NCBI GenBank assembly: GCA_028701645.1
Contig: JAQVQI010000001.1
Location: forward strand, 8,793 to 52,205
Source of the DNA: Candidatus Shapirobacteria bacterium
Lineage (GTDB): Bacteria > Patescibacteriota > Microgenomatia > UBA12405
DNA length: 43,413 nucleotides
Reading direction: 5' to 3'
Shown here: positions 29,401 through 39,187 of the stretch, one piece after another
How the letters are laid out: each line of letters starts with the position of its first letter
Position numbering within the stretch: the stretch's first letter is position 1
Program-made: the position numbers and the translations under genes
The notes under the pieces: model-generated
Seen by the model: the letters and a program-made list of their open reading frames with translations, nothing else
What the model was told of the DNA's origin: nothing
Database searches by the model: none

Positions 29401-30651
29401 ATGAATCAATCAAATATTAAATCTCAAACCCTAAAGGGTTTTAGAGATTTCTTACCATCTGATATGTATATCAGAAATTATGTCAAAAATACCTTAATTT
29501 CACTATTTGAAACTAGTGGTTTTCAACCATTAGAAACTCCGGCGCTAGAATACACCTCAGTTTTAAAAGGTAAATACAGCAACGAAACTGACGATAAATT
29601 GGGCTATTTTTTTAAAGATAATGGAGATCGAGAAATTGGTCTCCGTTATGATCTAACCGTTCCCACTTCTAAAGTTTTAGCTATCTATAACAATCAAATA
29701 TCATTACCATTCCGTCGTTATCAGATACAGCCAGTTTGGCGAGCCGAAAATACCCAAAAAGGTCGATATCGTGAATTTGTCCAATGTGATATAGATATTT
29801 TTGGGACTAACTCCCCTATTGCTGACGCTGAAATAGTTTCTGTTATTTATCAAGGTGTTCAAAAATTAGGTTTTAAAAACGCTATAATTAAAATTAATAG
29901 CCGTACTGTTTTATCCTCAATTTTATCTCAAAGTGGGATTGATGAACGTCAAAACACAGTACTGCAATCTCTCGATAAATTAGACAAAATAGGTGAAAAT
30001 GGAGTAAAAGATGAACTCATTTCCAAAGGGCTACCTAACGACCAAATTGATCAACTTTTTAAATATATCAAACAAGCTCAACCAGACGAAAATTTAAAAC
30101 AAGTTCTAAACCTTTTAAATTCCTTTGGTATCCCCCAAACCGCTTTTGTTTTCGATCCGACTTTAGTTCGTGGTTGTGATTATTATACTGGTACCATTTT
30201 TGAAGTTGCTGTTACCGAACCAAAAATCGGAGCTATTGGCGGCGGTGGTCGATATGACAATTTAGTCTCTACTCTTGGTGGTCCCCAAATTCCAGCTGTT
30301 GGCTTTTCATTTGGATTTGAAAGAGTTGTTGATGTCATTCAAGAATTAAATCTCTTACCAAAAGAGAATAAATCAACAATCAACATTTTGGTCGCTAATT
30401 TAGGTAGTGAAACTCAAAAAGAAATTCTAGAATTAACCAATAGACTTCGTCAAGAAAACATTTCTAGTATTATTTATCCTGATAACGACAAGTTAGGTAA
30501 ACAAATAAAATATGCCTTATCGATTGATATCCCCTATTTAGCCATCATTGGCACCAACGAAGCTAAAAACGATCAAATTATGCTCAAAAATTTAAATACT
30601 ACAGACCAAAAATTAGTCGATTTCGAAGAATTAGTAAAAATCATTAAATAA
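29401..30651 (+). CDS. hisS: Histidine--tRNA ligase
   Basis: Class II motifs (GFRDFLP, RYDLTVP, FRYQIQPVWRAE, GGGRYDNL) and an anticodon-binding C-terminus. Confidence 0.93.
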   Translation: MNQSNIKSQTLKGFRDFLPSDMYIRNYVKNTLISLFETSGFQPLETPALEYTSVLKGKYSNETDDKLGYFFKDNGDREIGLRYDLTVPTSKVLAIYNNQISLPFRRYQIQPVWRAENTQKGRYREFVQCDIDIFGTNSPIADAEIVSVIYQGVQKLGFKNAIIKINSRTVLSSILSQSGIDERQNTVLQSLDKLDKIGENGVKDELISKGLPNDQIDQLFKYIKQAQPDENLKQVLNLLNSFGIPQTAFVFDPTLVRGCDYYTGTIFEVAVTEPKIGAIGGGGRYDNLVSTLGGPQIPAVGFSFGFERVVDVIQELNLLPKENKSTINILVANLGSETQKEILELTNRLRQENISSIIYPDNDKLGKQIKYALSIDIPYLAIIGTNEAKNDQIMLKNLNTTDQKLVDFEELVKIIK

Positions 30652-30682
30652 AAGTTGCCCTTTTCAAGGGAGATGTCCTTCT

Positions 30683-30710
30683 TTGCAGGAAAGAGGGTTT
30701 CTGCTATAAT
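30683..30710 (+). promoter_or_regulatory. Candidate rpmE promoter
   Basis: TTGCAG - 16 nt - TGcTATAAT (perfect extended -10). The -10 ends 7 nt before the rpmE ATG. Confidence 0.5.
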
Positions 30711-30717
30711 AAGCGTT

Positions 30718-30981
30718 ATGAAACAAGGAATTCATCCAAAATACTATACCGATTGTCAAGTTAGTTGTGCTTGTGGTAATAAATTTACCACTGGTTCAAC
30801 TGTTGAAAAAATCGAAGTTGACGTTTGTTCAAAATGCCACCCGTTCTATACTGGTCAACAAAAATTTGTCGACATTAAAGGACGAATAGACAAGTTTAAT
30901 GAAAAAGTTGCTAAAGGAAAAAAAACTGCTTCTGACAAAGCTATAAAATCCAAAGAAAAAAAATCTAAAAAATCTAACTAG
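30718..30981 (+). CDS. rpmE: 50S ribosomal protein L31 (Zn-ribbon type A) with a Lys-rich tail
   Basis: [10 protein letters not shown] start. Cx[11 protein letters not shown]. The track start (TTG 30655) adds 21 non-conserved residues, so it was rejected. Confidence 0.9.
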   Translation: MKQGIHPKYYTDCQVSCACGNKFTTGSTVEKIEVDVCSKCHPFYTGQQKFVDIKGRIDKFNEKVAKGKKTASDKAIKSKEKKSKKSN

Positions 30982-30990
30982 CTATTCTAA

Positions 30991-31026
30991 AAACCGCTTT
31001 AATTTTACATTTGGCGGTTTTTTATT
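30991..31026 (+). terminator. Rho-independent terminator after rpmE
   Basis: AAACCGC-16 nt-GCGGTTT followed by a T-rich run. Confidence 0.55.
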
Positions 31027-31081
31027 TTAATTAATTTCTATACTTTATAAACTTTATAACTTTCTACTTAATAACTTAATT

Positions 31082-31783
31082 ATGCCTACCCTCAACCCCA
31101 ACATTGCCATTATGGAGTTCTACCCCGGTCCTGGTGGTCAAGAAGCCACCATTTGGGCCAACGATTTAATGAATATGTATATTCGCTACGCCAATAAAGT
31201 TGGTTGGAAAGTTTCCCAAATAGATGATCATATAATTCAAATATCTGGATTTGATGCCTATAACCAATTGAAATATGAAGCCGGTACACATCGAGTCCAA
31301 CGAATTCCTACCACCGAAAAGCGGGGTCGAATTCAAACCTCGACCGCTTCTATCGCCATAATGCCACAAATTGACTCAAAAGAAATTAATTTTAGTATGG
31401 ACGATGTTGTTATCACTGCCTGTCGAGCTGGTGGTAACGGAGGTCAAAATGTCAATAAAGTTTCCACTGCTATTCACCTAGTCCATAAACCCACCGGTTT
31501 AATGTTTGATGTCCGCACTGAACGTTATCAACAACAAAATCGAGAAATAGCTCTAAAATTACTACAAAATAAACTTTGGCAAATTGAAGAAGAAAAAAAG
31601 GCCTCAGAAATTGCTGGAGGTCGATCAAATATTAGTCAGTCTACTCGAGCCGACAAAATTCGTACCTACAATTACCCCAGAAATCAAATAAAAGACCATC
31701 GAATCAACAAGTCTTTCAATAACCTAGACGAAATAATGCAAGGTCATCTAGAAGATCTTTTACTAGAACTTACCATTCTTTAA
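31082..31783 (+). CDS. prfA: Peptide chain release factor, RF1-type, lacking domain 1
   Basis: 233 aa. PxT-type tripeptide ([14 protein letters not shown]), GGQ ([11 protein letters not shown]), C-terminal [16 protein letters not shown]. Aligns by eye to E. coli RF1 from about residue 105. Confidence 0.85.
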   Translation: MPTLNPNIAIMEFYPGPGGQEATIWANDLMNMYIRYANKVGWKVSQIDDHIIQISGFDAYNQLKYEAGTHRVQRIPTTEKRGRIQTSTASIAIMPQIDSKEINFSMDDVVITACRAGGNGGQNVNKVSTAIHLVHKPTGLMFDVRTERYQQQNREIALKLLQNKLWQIEEEKKASEIAGGRSNISQSTRADKIRTYNYPRNQIKDHRINKSFNNLDEIMQGHLEDLLLELTIL

Positions 31784-32910
31784 TTTTTCTTTTCCAGCTT
31801 TACTTCTACTTCAGTCTCTGTTTTATCTCTAAAATATATTATTTTAAGAGTATCCCCAATTTTCTTTTGATTAACAATTCCCGCAATTGAGGTTTCTTTC
31901 ATTTCAATTATTTTTTTACCATCAATTTCAGTAATAATATCTCCTATTTTTAATCCTCCCTTTTGGGCTGGACTACCATCAATAACTGACTGAATATAAG
32001 CTCCAGTTGGAACCTCATTTAACAAAGCCGCTTGTTGAGATATAACTTGATAAGATACTCCTAAATATGGCCTATCAAATTCACCGGTTATTTTAAAATT
32101 ATCAACTGATTGTTTAACTAAATTTATTGGCAAAGCAAAACCTATGTTTTGTCCCCCTTGAGAAACAGCCACATTGACCCCAACTACCTTACCAGACGAA
32201 TCAAACAATGGTCCACCTGAATTACCCGAATTAATCGCCGCATCAACCTGAATTACATCTTCCAACTTTTCCATCCCCAATCCCACTCCTCCAGCAGTAA
32301 TTCCTCTTCCTAATCCAGAGATTACTCCTTTAGTAACGGTTGATCGAAATTCCCCCAAAGCAGTCCCAATTGCAATTACAGTTTGTCCAACCTTAAGCTT
32401 GCCCGAATCTCCCATTTCTACTGGTTTTAAACCAGATTTATTAACCTTAATTATGGCCAAATCATTTACTGGATCACGATAAATATTGACTACTTCAACT
32501 GTTTCATCTTTTCCAATTACGACCTTATATTTCGCCCCCAAGTCTGAAACTACATGTTTATTGGTTACAATCAATCCGTCTTCACTAATTATAAATCCAG
32601 TCCCGATATCTCTCTCAACATTAGTTGACTCTACTTTTCCCTCATATACACCAAACATTTGTCTAAATATATCTAAAGAATTATTTAAAACATCTTTACT
32701 AATTGCTACCGTCACTACACTATTATTAGCCTTTTCAACTACCCTAGTAACCACAGTTTCTTCATCGACTACCTCTATTTTTGTTTCGGTTATTGTCTTA
32801 GGTTTTATAATATTTTTACTCAAAAAAATTCCCAAAAACACCCCCCCTGTAATCAAAATTACAATCAACAACAAAATCAACAATAATGACCTAATTTTTT
32901 GTGTTTTCAT
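31780..32910 (-). CDS. HtrA/DegP-family serine protease with a PDZ domain
   Basis: N-terminal TM. Catalytic triad context TNKHV, DLAII and GNSGGPL. One C-terminal PDZ. Confidence 0.9.
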   Translation of the reverse strand: MKTQKIRSLLLILLLIVILITGGVFLGIFLSKNIIKPKTITETKIEVVDEETVVTRVVEKANNSVVTVAISKDVLNNSLDIFRQMFGVYEGKVESTNVERDIGTGFIISEDGLIVTNKHVVSDLGAKYKVVIGKDETVEVVNIYRDPVNDLAIIKVNKSGLKPVEMGDSGKLKVGQTVIAIGTALGEFRSTVTKGVISGLGRGITAGGVGLGMEKLEDVIQVDAAINSGNSGGPLFDSSGKVVGVNVAVSQGGQNIGFALPINLVKQSVDNFKITGEFDRPYLGVSYQVISQQAALLNEVPTGAYIQSVIDGSPAQKGGLKIGDIITEIDGKKIIEMKETSIAGIVNQKKIGDTLKIIYFRDKTETEVEVKLEKKN

Positions 32911-32957
32911 ATTTTTAAATCACTATTAATAAATAATTATTTAGGTAATCTAACAAA

Positions 32958-34172
32958 TTATTTTTCCAAAACAACTTCTTTGGCTTTTTCTAGTTGGACA
33001 TCTTTTTGAGCCGAATCAGTTGATTCTACTATTTCTATATCAGGAGAGATACCTTCTTTGTGGATATTTTTACCACTAGGCAGTAACCATCTTGCGATAG
33101 TTAAATGCAACCCACTTCCATCATTAAAATCTTCAGGCTGTTGAACTGTCCCTTTTCCAAAAGTTTTTACCCCCACCAAACTAGCTCGTTTATAATCATG
33201 CAAGGCTCCAGCTAAAATCTCAGAAGCTGAGGCACTCCCTCCATTTATTAAAACTACCAATTTATCGTTTAACAGATTTCCTCTATTTTTCTCTATGTTA
33301 TAAGTTTGGGTGATTCCTTTAGTTGATTCTTGTTTGACAATCACCCCATCTTTTATGAAATCAGAGGCCACCACTACACTAGCCTGTAAATAACCTCCCG
33401 GATTATTTCTCAAATCTAAAATAATTCCAGCATAATTACTTCCTGATATTTTCTTTTCGTTGTTAATCATAGTTACAATCTCATTCCATTTAGTAAACAA
33501 ATCTTCACTAAATTTTGACATTTTCACCCAGGCAATTTTTTTGTTATCTACTGTTAACCATTCTAATTCCACTCCAGGAACTTCAATATTATCTCTTTTT
33601 AGAACAGATTCAAATCTTTTTTGATTACTTTCTCGATACATTGTTAAAACAACTTCAGTTCCAATTTCTCCTCGTATCAGACTTACAGCTTCATTTAAAC
33701 TAATTCCTGTTGTCTCTTTTTCAATATTATTTTTTTTATCAACAATTTTTAAAATTAAATCACCAGCTTTTATCCCCGCTTTATCTGCCGGTGTCCCCGA
33801 CAAAGGTGACACTACTGCTAAAATCCCATCCTTACTATATCCCAAAGAAATCCCAACCCCACCGAATTCTCCCGCCAGATCCTCGTTTGCACTTTTATTT
33901 TCTTCTGGGGGCAAAAAAACAGTATACGGGTCACCCAAAGACGCCACCATTCCCTGAATCGCTCCATACTTCATTTTTACATTATCCATATCATCTTTTT
34001 CTAAAAAGTCAGTAGATAATTTATCCTTAACTTTCCACATTAAAGACAAATCAAACTGCCCTAAAGTTGATGGAATGATTTTATTACCCTGGCCTATTTT
34101 GTAGCTGACCAAAGCAACAACTGCTAACAAAGCTAAACTTAAAAACAAATTTCTTATATTTTTCAAACGCAT
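32958..34172 (-). CDS. ctpA: S41 carboxy-terminal processing protease
   Basis: PDZ (GIKAGDLILKI), S41 core GGSASASEILAG and FGKGTVQ. Confidence 0.9.
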   Translation of the reverse strand: MRLKNIRNLFLSLALLAVVALVSYKIGQGNKIIPSTLGQFDLSLMWKVKDKLSTDFLEKDDMDNVKMKYGAIQGMVASLGDPYTVFLPPEENKSANEDLAGEFGGVGISLGYSKDGILAVVSPLSGTPADKAGIKAGDLILKIVDKKNNIEKETTGISLNEAVSLIRGEIGTEVVLTMYRESNQKRFESVLKRDNIEVPGVELEWLTVDNKKIAWVKMSKFSEDLFTKWNEIVTMINNEKKISGSNYAGIILDLRNNPGGYLQASVVVASDFIKDGVIVKQESTKGITQTYNIEKNRGNLLNDKLVVLINGGSASASEILAGALHDYKRASLVGVKTFGKGTVQQPEDFNDGSGLHLTIARWLLPSGKNIHKEGISPDIEIVESTDSAQKDVQLEKAKEVVLEK

Positions 34173-34175
34173 TAT

Positions 34176-34922
34176 TTATTCTATCACTAATAATAATCTA
34201 TCAAGTCGAGAATTTATCAACATTTTTTTATTTGTTCCTTGATATTTTAGTAATTTTTCCCAAACTAGATTATCTAATTTAAGTATCGGTAGTTCGGTCG
34301 CAAAGTCTTCCTCTTTAAACTCATTGTTAGTAATCACTCCAACTACCCCAACCACTTCAGCTTTAAGTAAAAAGCCATTCGATAAATTATTAGTAAATAA
34401 AATTTTATTTTTTAAATTAGACGTCAACTCTTTAGCTTCATTTATAACTACATAATCTGACCTTCCCCATGCCTTTCCAGCGACTAACCCTTTACCCTTA
34501 TATTCCAAAGCTTCAAATTCTAAGACTAACTTATCAATGTCAATTTTTGAAACAACACTATTAATTGGGGCCATTATTTCTTTTAGATTATCTTCTCTAG
34601 TTTCTATTTTTAAAAATCCAAACTCGTCAATTTCAATAAAATTTCCACTCATAGGAAAACAAATTTTTTTAGGGAAAAATCCACCAGTCAAACACATTAA
34701 TTCACCACTATTAAACCATGATCCTTTTAGTTTATCGTTCAGTTCTTGAATTTTATCATTATTAAATTTACCAAAAAAATTCGATAAATTTATTGATTCT
34801 ACTTTAAAAAAATTAGCCCTAACTACTGCCTGATTTTCCTCTACCCTATCGCCTAATTTAACCATCACGTCAGAACCTTTTGGAAATTTAATCACCCATT
34901 TAGCTTTAATATTCGTTTTCAT
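34176..34922 (-). CDS. Hypothetical protein
   Basis: 248-aa ORF tightly packed with ctpA. N-terminal lipoyl-like hairpin pattern (VKLGDRVEENQAV). No confident family. Confidence 0.45.
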   Translation of the reverse strand: MKTNIKAKWVIKFPKGSDVMVKLGDRVEENQAVVRANFFKVESINLSNFFGKFNNDKIQELNDKLKGSWFNSGELMCLTGGFFPKKICFPMSGNFIEIDEFGFLKIETREDNLKEIMAPINSVVSKIDIDKLVLEFEALEYKGKGLVAGKAWGRSDYVVINEAKELTSNLKNKILFTNNLSNGFLLKAEVVGVVGVITNNEFKEEDFATELPILKLDNLVWEKLLKYQGTNKKMLINSRLDRLLLVIE

Positions 34923-34943
34923 TACTTTTAATTATAACCAATA

Positions 34944-34980
34944 AACCCTCTCAAGAACAAACTTATTCTTAGAGAGGGTT
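34944..34980 (-). terminator. Hairpin downstream of rpsR, a possible terminator
   Basis: AACCCTCTC-19 nt-GAGAGGGTT. The T tract is weak. Confidence 0.4.
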
Positions 34981-34997
34981 ATTTATTTTAGTTACCC

Positions 34998-35249
34998 TTA
35001 TTTAGTTAAAAAAGGCATCAAAGCCAAGTGTCTGGCTTGTTTTATTGCTGAAGATAATTTTCTTTGATGTTTAGCACAAACACCACTAAACTGTGATCCG
35101 ATTATTCGACCTCTTGGAGATAAAAATTCTCCATATTGTTCATAATCTTCCCAACGAGGAATAGTTTTTGTTTTACAAAACAAACAACCTCTCTCTTTCC
35201 CTTTTCTTTTTGCAATTAAAAGATTATCTTTTTTTTTCTTTTTTATCAT
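34998..35249 (-). CDS. rpsR: 30S ribosomal protein S18
   Basis: CLFCK.., YEQYGEFLSPRGRI, KHQRKLSSAIKQARHLALMPF. Confidence 0.93.
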   Translation of the reverse strand: MIKKKKKDNLLIAKRKGKERGCLFCKTKTIPRWEDYEQYGEFLSPRGRIIGSQFSGVCAKHQRKLSSAIKQARHLALMPFLTK

Positions 35250-35257
35250 ATTTTTAT

Positions 35258-35791
35258 TTAAAATGGCATCTCATCATTTTTTGTTTCTTCTGTTACTTTT
35301 GGAGTTTCAACAGCTTCGGTAGTATCAATATCATCAGGGATGACAATATCTTCAATATTTCCCCCTGTTTCAGAAGTGACGACATCCATCGACTCAGTTG
35401 GAGCTTCGCCGACAGCTAAATCAGCTCCTTCAACCGCACGTTCTCCATTAGCTCCTTTATTATCCAAAATGATCATATCATCAATAATAATTTCAGCAAT
35501 TTGTTTTTTATTGTTTTCAGCATCCATAAACTCACGGTATTGGATTCTTCCATCAACATAAACTCTTCTTCCTTTAGATAATAATTGAGAGCAAAGTTCT
35601 CCTAACTTATTCCAAGCTACAATTCGGTGAAATTGAGCATCTTCTTTTCTTTCTCCCTGTTTCGTTACCCAAACTCGATTGGTAGCTAAACCAAATGAAG
35701 CAACTGCCATTCCACTTGGGGTATAGCGCAACTCTGGGTCACGAGTTAAATTACCAATTAAAGTTACCCGATTAAGACATCTACTAGGCAT
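35258..35791 (-). CDS. ssb: Single-stranded DNA-binding protein
   Basis: OB fold NRVTLIGNLTRDPELRYT and an acidic tail ending DEMPF. Confidence 0.93.
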   Translation of the reverse strand: MPSRCLNRVTLIGNLTRDPELRYTPSGMAVASFGLATNRVWVTKQGERKEDAQFHRIVAWNKLGELCSQLLSKGRRVYVDGRIQYREFMDAENNKKQIAEIIIDDMIILDNKGANGERAVEGADLAVGEAPTESMDVVTSETGGNIEDIVIPDDIDTTEAVETPKVTEETKNDEMPF

Positions 35792-35835
35792 ATATTTTAT
35801 TTACCCCGATACTTACGAGGTTCCCTCCATATTTC

Positions 35836-36123
35836 TTAAACTTTTAATATTAAATATCTAATAATATTTGGCTCTCTATTTAATAATAGATTCAATTCTT
35901 TCATTTTTATTGGTGAATCAGAAGTTAAATTTAAAGCCCAAAAATCACCTTTTGCATTTTTTTCTATCTCATAGGCCAATTCTTTCAAACCTAAGTGATC
36001 TTGATTAATTTCAACTTTATTAGTGTTCAGCCAGGTTGTCACCTTAGTTAAAACACCTTCTTTGTCCTCAACCTTTGGGTTTAAGACTAAGATTAATTGA
36101 TAGTTATTTTTATTTCCTTTCAT
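35836..36123 (-). CDS. rpsF: 30S ribosomal protein S6
   Basis: 95 aa, YQLILVLNP..LAYEI motifs, position in the rpsF-ssb-rpsR block. Confidence 0.88.
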   Translation of the reverse strand: MKGNKNNYQLILVLNPKVEDKEGVLTKVTTWLNTNKVEINQDHLGLKELAYEIEKNAKGDFWALNLTSDSPIKMKELNLLLNREPNIIRYLILKV

Positions 36124-36161
36124 GAGCTCAATAGATTAACATAATAAACTTATTTTAACAA

Positions 36162-37547
36162 TTACTTTAATTTTCTTATTTTACAGGAATTTTGCAAATC
36201 TTCAACAAGAAAGCCACTATCTTCGATCTCTTTTCTTAATTTGTCCGACTCGGCCCAATTTTTGTCTATTCTCGCTTTTTTCCGCTTTTCAACCAATTCT
36301 AATACTTTTTGCGGGATATCAAAATCGGAATTATTATTTGCTAAATTTAAACCCAAGACTTTATCAAAATCCAGAAGGGTTGCCCATTTTATTTCTGGAG
36401 TCAAATTTGATTTCATCATTTTCCAGATCAAAGCAATCGCTTCAGGGGTAGCCAGGTTATCAGATAACCTGTCAATAAACTCTTTTTGAAATTCTTCATC
36501 AACTTTACCCAAAGATTCTGTCTTATAACTTCTTAATTTATTTAAAGCTACTTGGGCTGATTTTAAAGAATCAATTGAAAATTCTATTCCCCTTTTATAG
36601 TGCGACCCAAAAACTAAATATCTATAAGATAATGGATCATGTCCCATTTGGATTAAATCCCTAATTGTATACAAACCTCCACTAGATTTACTGATTTTAG
36701 AACCCTTAAAAGTAATAAAAGCATTATGTATCCAATAGTTAGCGGTCGTTTTACCAAAAGCTCCATATCCCTGAGCAATCTCGTTAGTATGATGAATATT
36801 AATATGGTCCTCTCCCCCAGTATGAATATCAAAAACTTCTCCTAAATATTTTATCGACATAGCCGTACATTCAATATGCCATCCCGGAAAGCCTATTCCC
36901 CAAGGGCTTTCCCATTCCATCTGTCTCTTTGGTAATCCCGAAGTCTTCGAAGGGGAAAATTTCCATAAAGCAAAATCAGAGGGGTTTTTCTTTTCATTAT
37001 TTATCTCTACTCTGGCCCCATTTTTTATTTTTTCCAAATCTAAGTTAGCAAACTTACCGTAATCAATATATTTTTGTGTATCAAAATATATCCCATCACT
37101 TATTTGATAACTAAAACCGTTTTCTTCTATTTTTTTTACTAAATCAATCTGTTCTTTAATATTGTCTGTCGCTTTACATAAAATATCTGGGTGATTTATA
37201 TTTAAATCTTTCAAATTTTCTTCAAACTCTGTTTGATATTTTTCAGCTATCTCCCAAACAGATAAACCTTCCTTTTTGGCCCCTTTTTCCATTTTATCTT
37301 CACCAGTATCAGAATCATTGACCAAATGACCAACATCAGTCACATTCATCACCCAATTGACTTCATAACCAATATATTTCAATGTTCTTACTAAAATATC
37401 CCAACAAATATAGGCATACATATTACCTATATGAGGACTAGAATACACCGTTGGTCCGCACGAATAAATACCAACTTTTCCTTCTTTTATTGGTTTAAGT
37501 TCTTCTTTTTTTCTTGTTGCTGTATTATACAAATACATATTGTGCAT
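36162..37547 (-). CDS. cysS: Cysteine--tRNA ligase
   Basis: HIGN (PHIGNMYAY), KMSKS variant KISKSSG, CGPTVY, WHIEC. Confidence 0.95.
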   Translation of the reverse strand: MHNMYLYNTATRKKEELKPIKEGKVGIYSCGPTVYSSPHIGNMYAYICWDILVRTLKYIGYEVNWVMNVTDVGHLVNDSDTGEDKMEKGAKKEGLSVWEIAEKYQTEFEENLKDLNINHPDILCKATDNIKEQIDLVKKIEENGFSYQISDGIYFDTQKYIDYGKFANLDLEKIKNGARVEINNEKKNPSDFALWKFSPSKTSGLPKRQMEWESPWGIGFPGWHIECTAMSIKYLGEVFDIHTGGEDHINIHHTNEIAQGYGAFGKTTANYWIHNAFITFKGSKISKSSGGLYTIRDLIQMGHDPLSYRYLVFGSHYKRGIEFSIDSLKSAQVALNKLRSYKTESLGKVDEEFQKEFIDRLSDNLATPEAIALIWKMMKSNLTPEIKWATLLDFDKVLGLNLANNNSDFDIPQKVLELVEKRKKARIDKNWAESDKLRKEIEDSGFLVEDLQNSCKIRKLK

Positions 37548-37553
37548 CTATTG

Positions 37554-38096
37554 TTATTGTACCTTATTTCCTTTAAATTCAGCAGTCGCTGATATTTCCG
37601 ACGTATCTGGTTTGTGTTGTTTTTTGTTTACAAAAGCACTCCCTCGGCTCTTTTTTTGTTTAGCTGGATTTGACGACCCAATGTCTAAACTACTGTATTC
37701 TAATTCTTGTTGTTTTTGTTTTTCTTGTTGTTGCTTTTGTTCTTCATAATATTTTTGTTTTTTTTCCTCTTCCCTTTCTTTTTGTCGTCTAAGTTGGATC
37801 AGTTCTTCTTCTACGTTTCTAGACCTTTCTTTTGTTTTCATTTCATTATTTTGATTTTCTCTTTGACCATTTATCTCTCCTTTTATTTTTGCTATTTCTT
37901 GTTGACTTCTCATTTTATCCTGCTGTTTATTTTGCTCCAATTGGGCATCAGATGTCCGTTCCAGTCCCAATAATTCTTTCCCGGTAATTACACTTTCCAT
38001 TATTTTTTGTCCTTCTTCACTTACTTTTTCGACTGTTTCAACCCCTAATTGGCCCAAACCTTTCACGATTCCTTTCAAAATTTTGCCATCCGTCAT
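37554..38096 (-). CDS. Hypothetical K/E/Q-rich coiled-coil protein
   Basis: 180-aa low-complexity charged ORF, 6 nt upstream of cysS on the same strand. Confidence 0.45.
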   Translation of the reverse strand: MTDGKILKGIVKGLGQLGVETVEKVSEEGQKIMESVITGKELLGLERTSDAQLEQNKQQDKMRSQQEIAKIKGEINGQRENQNNEMKTKERSRNVEEELIQLRRQKEREEEKKQKYYEEQKQQQEKQKQQELEYSSLDIGSSNPAKQKKSRGSAFVNKKQHKPDTSEISATAEFKGNKVQ

Positions 38097-38169
38097 AAAT
38101 TTATTTTAACATTTAAAACCTCTTTGTCTCGATTCGTTTCAACACCAACTCCTTAAAATTAGTAATTAA

Positions 38170-38793
38170 TTATATATCTCTTCTTCCATCCAAGGCACGA
38201 CACAAAGTTGCTTGATCAGCATATTCTAGATCTGCCCCAATAGGTAAACCACTTCCAATTCGAGAAATCTTAATTTTTAGCCCTTCCAATCTTTTTTTAA
38301 TATGTAAAGCCGTTGCTTCTCCCTCCATAGTTGGGTTTGTGGCTAAAATAATTTCTAAATTACAATTAAGATACTTTTCGTCAGTCAACATAATTTTTAC
38401 TCTTTGAACCAATTCGTCTATTTTTAGTTCGTCTGGACCAACATGTTCAAGTGGGTTTATTACTCCACCCAATACATGGTAAACCCCTTTATAATCACCC
38501 ATATTCTCAATCGCCATTACATCAATAGCCCTTTCTACTACACAAATTTGTGCCTTATTACGCCTATTATCTTGACATATTGAACAAATATCTTGCTCAC
38601 TTACCGAAAAACATGATTTACATATTTTTATTTCCGTTTTCATTTTTATCAAACAACTTGCCAAATCTTCAACATAGGCCTTTGGAGTGTTTAATAAATA
38701 AAAAGCCAATCGAGTTGCTCCCTTTGGCCCAATACCAGGTAACCGTTCAAAAGCATTAATTAAATTTTTTATTCCCTTTGGAAATTCCGCCAT
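38170..38793 (-). CDS. recR: Recombination protein RecR
   Basis: HhH (LPGIGPKGA), C4 zinc finger (CKSC..CSIC) and a Toprim domain. Confidence 0.95.
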   Translation of the reverse strand: MAEFPKGIKNLINAFERLPGIGPKGATRLAFYLLNTPKAYVEDLASCLIKMKTEIKICKSCFSVSEQDICSICQDNRRNKAQICVVERAIDVMAIENMGDYKGVYHVLGGVINPLEHVGPDELKIDELVQRVKIMLTDEKYLNCNLEIILATNPTMEGEATALHIKKRLEGLKIKISRIGSGLPIGADLEYADQATLCRALDGRRDI

Positions 38794-38807
38794 AAATTAA
38801 TCAAATT

Positions 38808-38889
38808 CCAATAACCAAAATACAAGAAACAAACTTATTATAATTATTTTAATAAAACATTTTGGAATACTTGGTTTATTGGTTATTGG
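38808..38889. repeat. Long inverted repeat filling the ybaB-recR spacer
   Basis: CCAATAACCAA (38808-38818) and TTGGTTATTGG (38879-38889) are a perfect 11-bp pair. An additional ATTCCAA/TTGGAAT pairing lies in the same spacer. Confidence 0.8.
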
Positions 38890-38892
38890 TAA

Positions 38893-39141
38893 TTAAAATA
38901 AACCTTCAAGTCCTCCCATATCTTTCATTCTTTTTGCTGCCATTTCTTGAGATTTTTTCATTGCTTTGTTAACTACTTCAACCAAAATTTTATTTTCCAT
39001 TCCGTTGATAGACAAATCTTTTATTTTTTGATCACCACTAACCTTTATTTTAATTCCATTTTCTTCAATCTCAACAACTTCAGCTTCAACTGCTTTTTTT
39101 AATTTATAGGCCTGAGCCAACATTTTTGCTTTATCGAACAT
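38893..39141 (-). CDS. ybaB: YbaB/EbfC-family nucleoid-associated protein
   Basis: 82 aa, position between dnaX and recR, MAAKRMKDMGGLEGLF tail. Confidence 0.85.
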   Translation of the reverse strand: MFDKAKMLAQAYKLKKAVEAEVVEIEENGIKIKVSGDQKIKDLSINGMENKILVEVVNKAMKKSQEMAAKRMKDMGGLEGLF

Positions 39142-39187
39142 ATTATTTTAATTATTAATTAATAATTATTAATTACCAATTGTATCA

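Noticed and set aside
30655-30717. A TTG-initiated 21-codon extension of L31.
   Set aside because: L31 proteins begin at MK.GIHP. The extension covers the candidate promoter, and the apparent SD (AAGGGAG) abuts an internal ATG with no spacing.
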